Shown piece by piece: positions 62,734 through 64,000 of a DNA stretch of 64,000 nt. A program made the translations under genes and the position numbers. Each line of letters starts with the position of its first letter. Position 1 is the first letter of the stretch. The notes under the pieces are model-generated. The model was given only the letters and a program-made list of their open reading frames with translations, ran no database searches and was not told the DNA's origin. Source of the DNA: an uncultured Thermococci archaeon (GTDB lineage Archaea > CAYQAE01 > CAYVLA01); the NCBI GenBank assembly GCA_964549615.1, contig CAZJVP010000030.1, positions 11,112-75,111 on the forward strand. Direction: 5' to 3'.

Positions 62734-62970
62734 CACGCACGTCCAGTCGATGCTGCCTTCTGTAGTCCGGATACCGCCAAGGTCATGAGGCACTCCCACC
62801 GCCGCCAAGCTCACCTTAGCGTCGAGAAGCCGAGCGACCCCCCCGCGTGAAGCAAACAAGCCGCAGCCCGAAACCGCCATAACGCTCATATCGGATGAAG
62901 GCAATGAAGACGTCTGAAATGATCCTGTTATTCGGTCCGGCCGCGCTCCCAAGCATTTTCCTTTCCTATC

Positions 62971-64000
62971 TCACGAACTTATACTGCGGTAACCGTTTCT
63001 CATCTTTTTGCTTAGGAATGCAATTACCAGCGCGACAAGATTTATCGGAGGCTGATCAAATATCGAGAATGACCGGTCTGAAATGTCTTCTGCCACGTTG
63101 ATGCCGTCGCTAGCCAGAATCCTTATTCGGTACTCTGTGCCTTTACCCAAGCCAGTAGTATCCCAGGAATACCCGGTCCCCTCGATATTAAGGTCTATCG
63201 GTATCCAAGTTTCTCCATCGTCTTTGCTGTACATTACTCCGTACGTTAACTTATCCCCATCAGGATCTGAGCCTTGCCACTCAATGGTGCATACTGAGCC
63301 AACTGAAATCGTTTCTCCACCGTTCGGGTACACGAGCCTTAACCTTGGTGAGTTGGCGCTTACAACCCTGCTGGCCAAAATCGCGCCCGCAGCGTTTCTG
63401 ATCTCTATTCTCGATGTTCCAGCAAGGTAGGGTACGTTGAAAACAAACGGCACTGCGTCCGTGGTTGATTTGATCAAGGATCCATTAACATCGATCAAGT
63501 ATTCGAAGCTGGCGCTGAACCAGAAGGACTCCAACGTCTGATTCTGACCGTCAACCATCGCTATGGAGTACTCTCCAGTTTGACCTAGAGTTGAATCAAC
63601 CGTTCCCTGTTTCACGTAATACCATGGGTAGTCGGATCTAACTGTCTGGTTGCGGAACAATATGCCGCTGATGACTATTACTTCTGGGTCTTCCGCGGTT
63701 TTAAACTGGTCTAACAAGTTCCAACGCGTAGTTGACTGGTATCCTGTGAGCGTTATAAGAGACCTAGGGTCGGTGCAATATCGTCCAGGGTCTATCCAGT
63801 TAGGTGGACCTACGTAGCTCATGAACGTATTCATCTCCGTTTCATATATCCTTGAACTCACGCAGTAACAGATACTTCGCCAGACCGGTGGACCTATATC
63901 GTGTGGATGCCACAGGTAAAACGTGTGTCCAATCTCATGCGCAACGACGCCTAGTTCCATCCATCCTTTTGTCGCGTTGAACACGCCGTAATCCACGAAT
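62971..64000 (-). CDS. C-terminal part of a secreted zinc metalloprotease-like surface protein (runs off the window edge)
   Basis: AHEIGHTFYLWHPHD (HExxHxxxxxH) with downstream FMSY Met-turn-like segment; PNGGE...I.W...DPDGD..Y...YS.D.G.TW Ig-like domain. Confidence 0.7.
   Translation of the reverse strand, partial: FVDYGVFNATKGWMELGVVAHEIGHTFYLWHPHDIGPPVWRSICYCVSSRIYETEMNTFMSYVGPPNWIDPGRYCTDPRSLITLTGYQSTTRWNLLDQFKTAEDPEVIVISGILFRNQTVRSDYPWYYVKQGTVDSTLGQTGEYSIAMVDGQNQTLESFWFSASFEYLIDVNGSLIKSTTDAVPFVFNVPYLAGTSRIEIRNAAGAILASRVVSANSPRLRLVYPNGGETISVGSVCTIEWQGSDPDGDKLTYGVMYSKDDGETWIPIDLNIEGTGYSWDTTGLGKGTEYRIRILASDGINVAEDISDRSFSIFDQPPINLVALVIAFLSKKMRNGYRSISS

Noticed and set aside
1-64000. CRISPR array or rRNA genes
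   Set aside because: No regularly spaced repeats or rRNA-like sequence seen. The window is almost fully tiled by protein genes.

Overview
High-GC archaeal chromosomal window made up mostly of housekeeping genes. It holds rtcB, a stand-alone mtrH-like methyltransferase, hom/thrC/lysC, rfcS/rfcL, ahcY, priL, a complete A/V-type ATP synthase operon (order K-H-I-E-C-F-A-B-D, with a Na+-type rotor), secDF-trkA, a satP-acs-hppA acetate/PPi cluster, tatAC, eno, carB, gltX, phoU and tRNA-Leu(TAA). A lower-GC block (integrase remnant, purC-purP-purP, CPBP protease, metalloprotease) follows the tRNA. The standout signal is in carB: the conserved GQAAEFDYSG motif is split by a 17-nt insert (47585-47601) that folds into an exact bulge-helix-bulge (BHB) splicing motif. 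Cutting at the canonical BHB positions restores E-F-D-Y and the reading frame, so this looks like a tRNA-type intron in a metabolic mRNA. Other notable items are an IS481-like remnant with 15/16-bp target duplications, two genes that seem to need non-canonical (ACG/CTG) starts, and a surface coiled-coil protein with an exact 21-residue Trp periodicity. All family assignments come from motif recognition by eye, without database searches.
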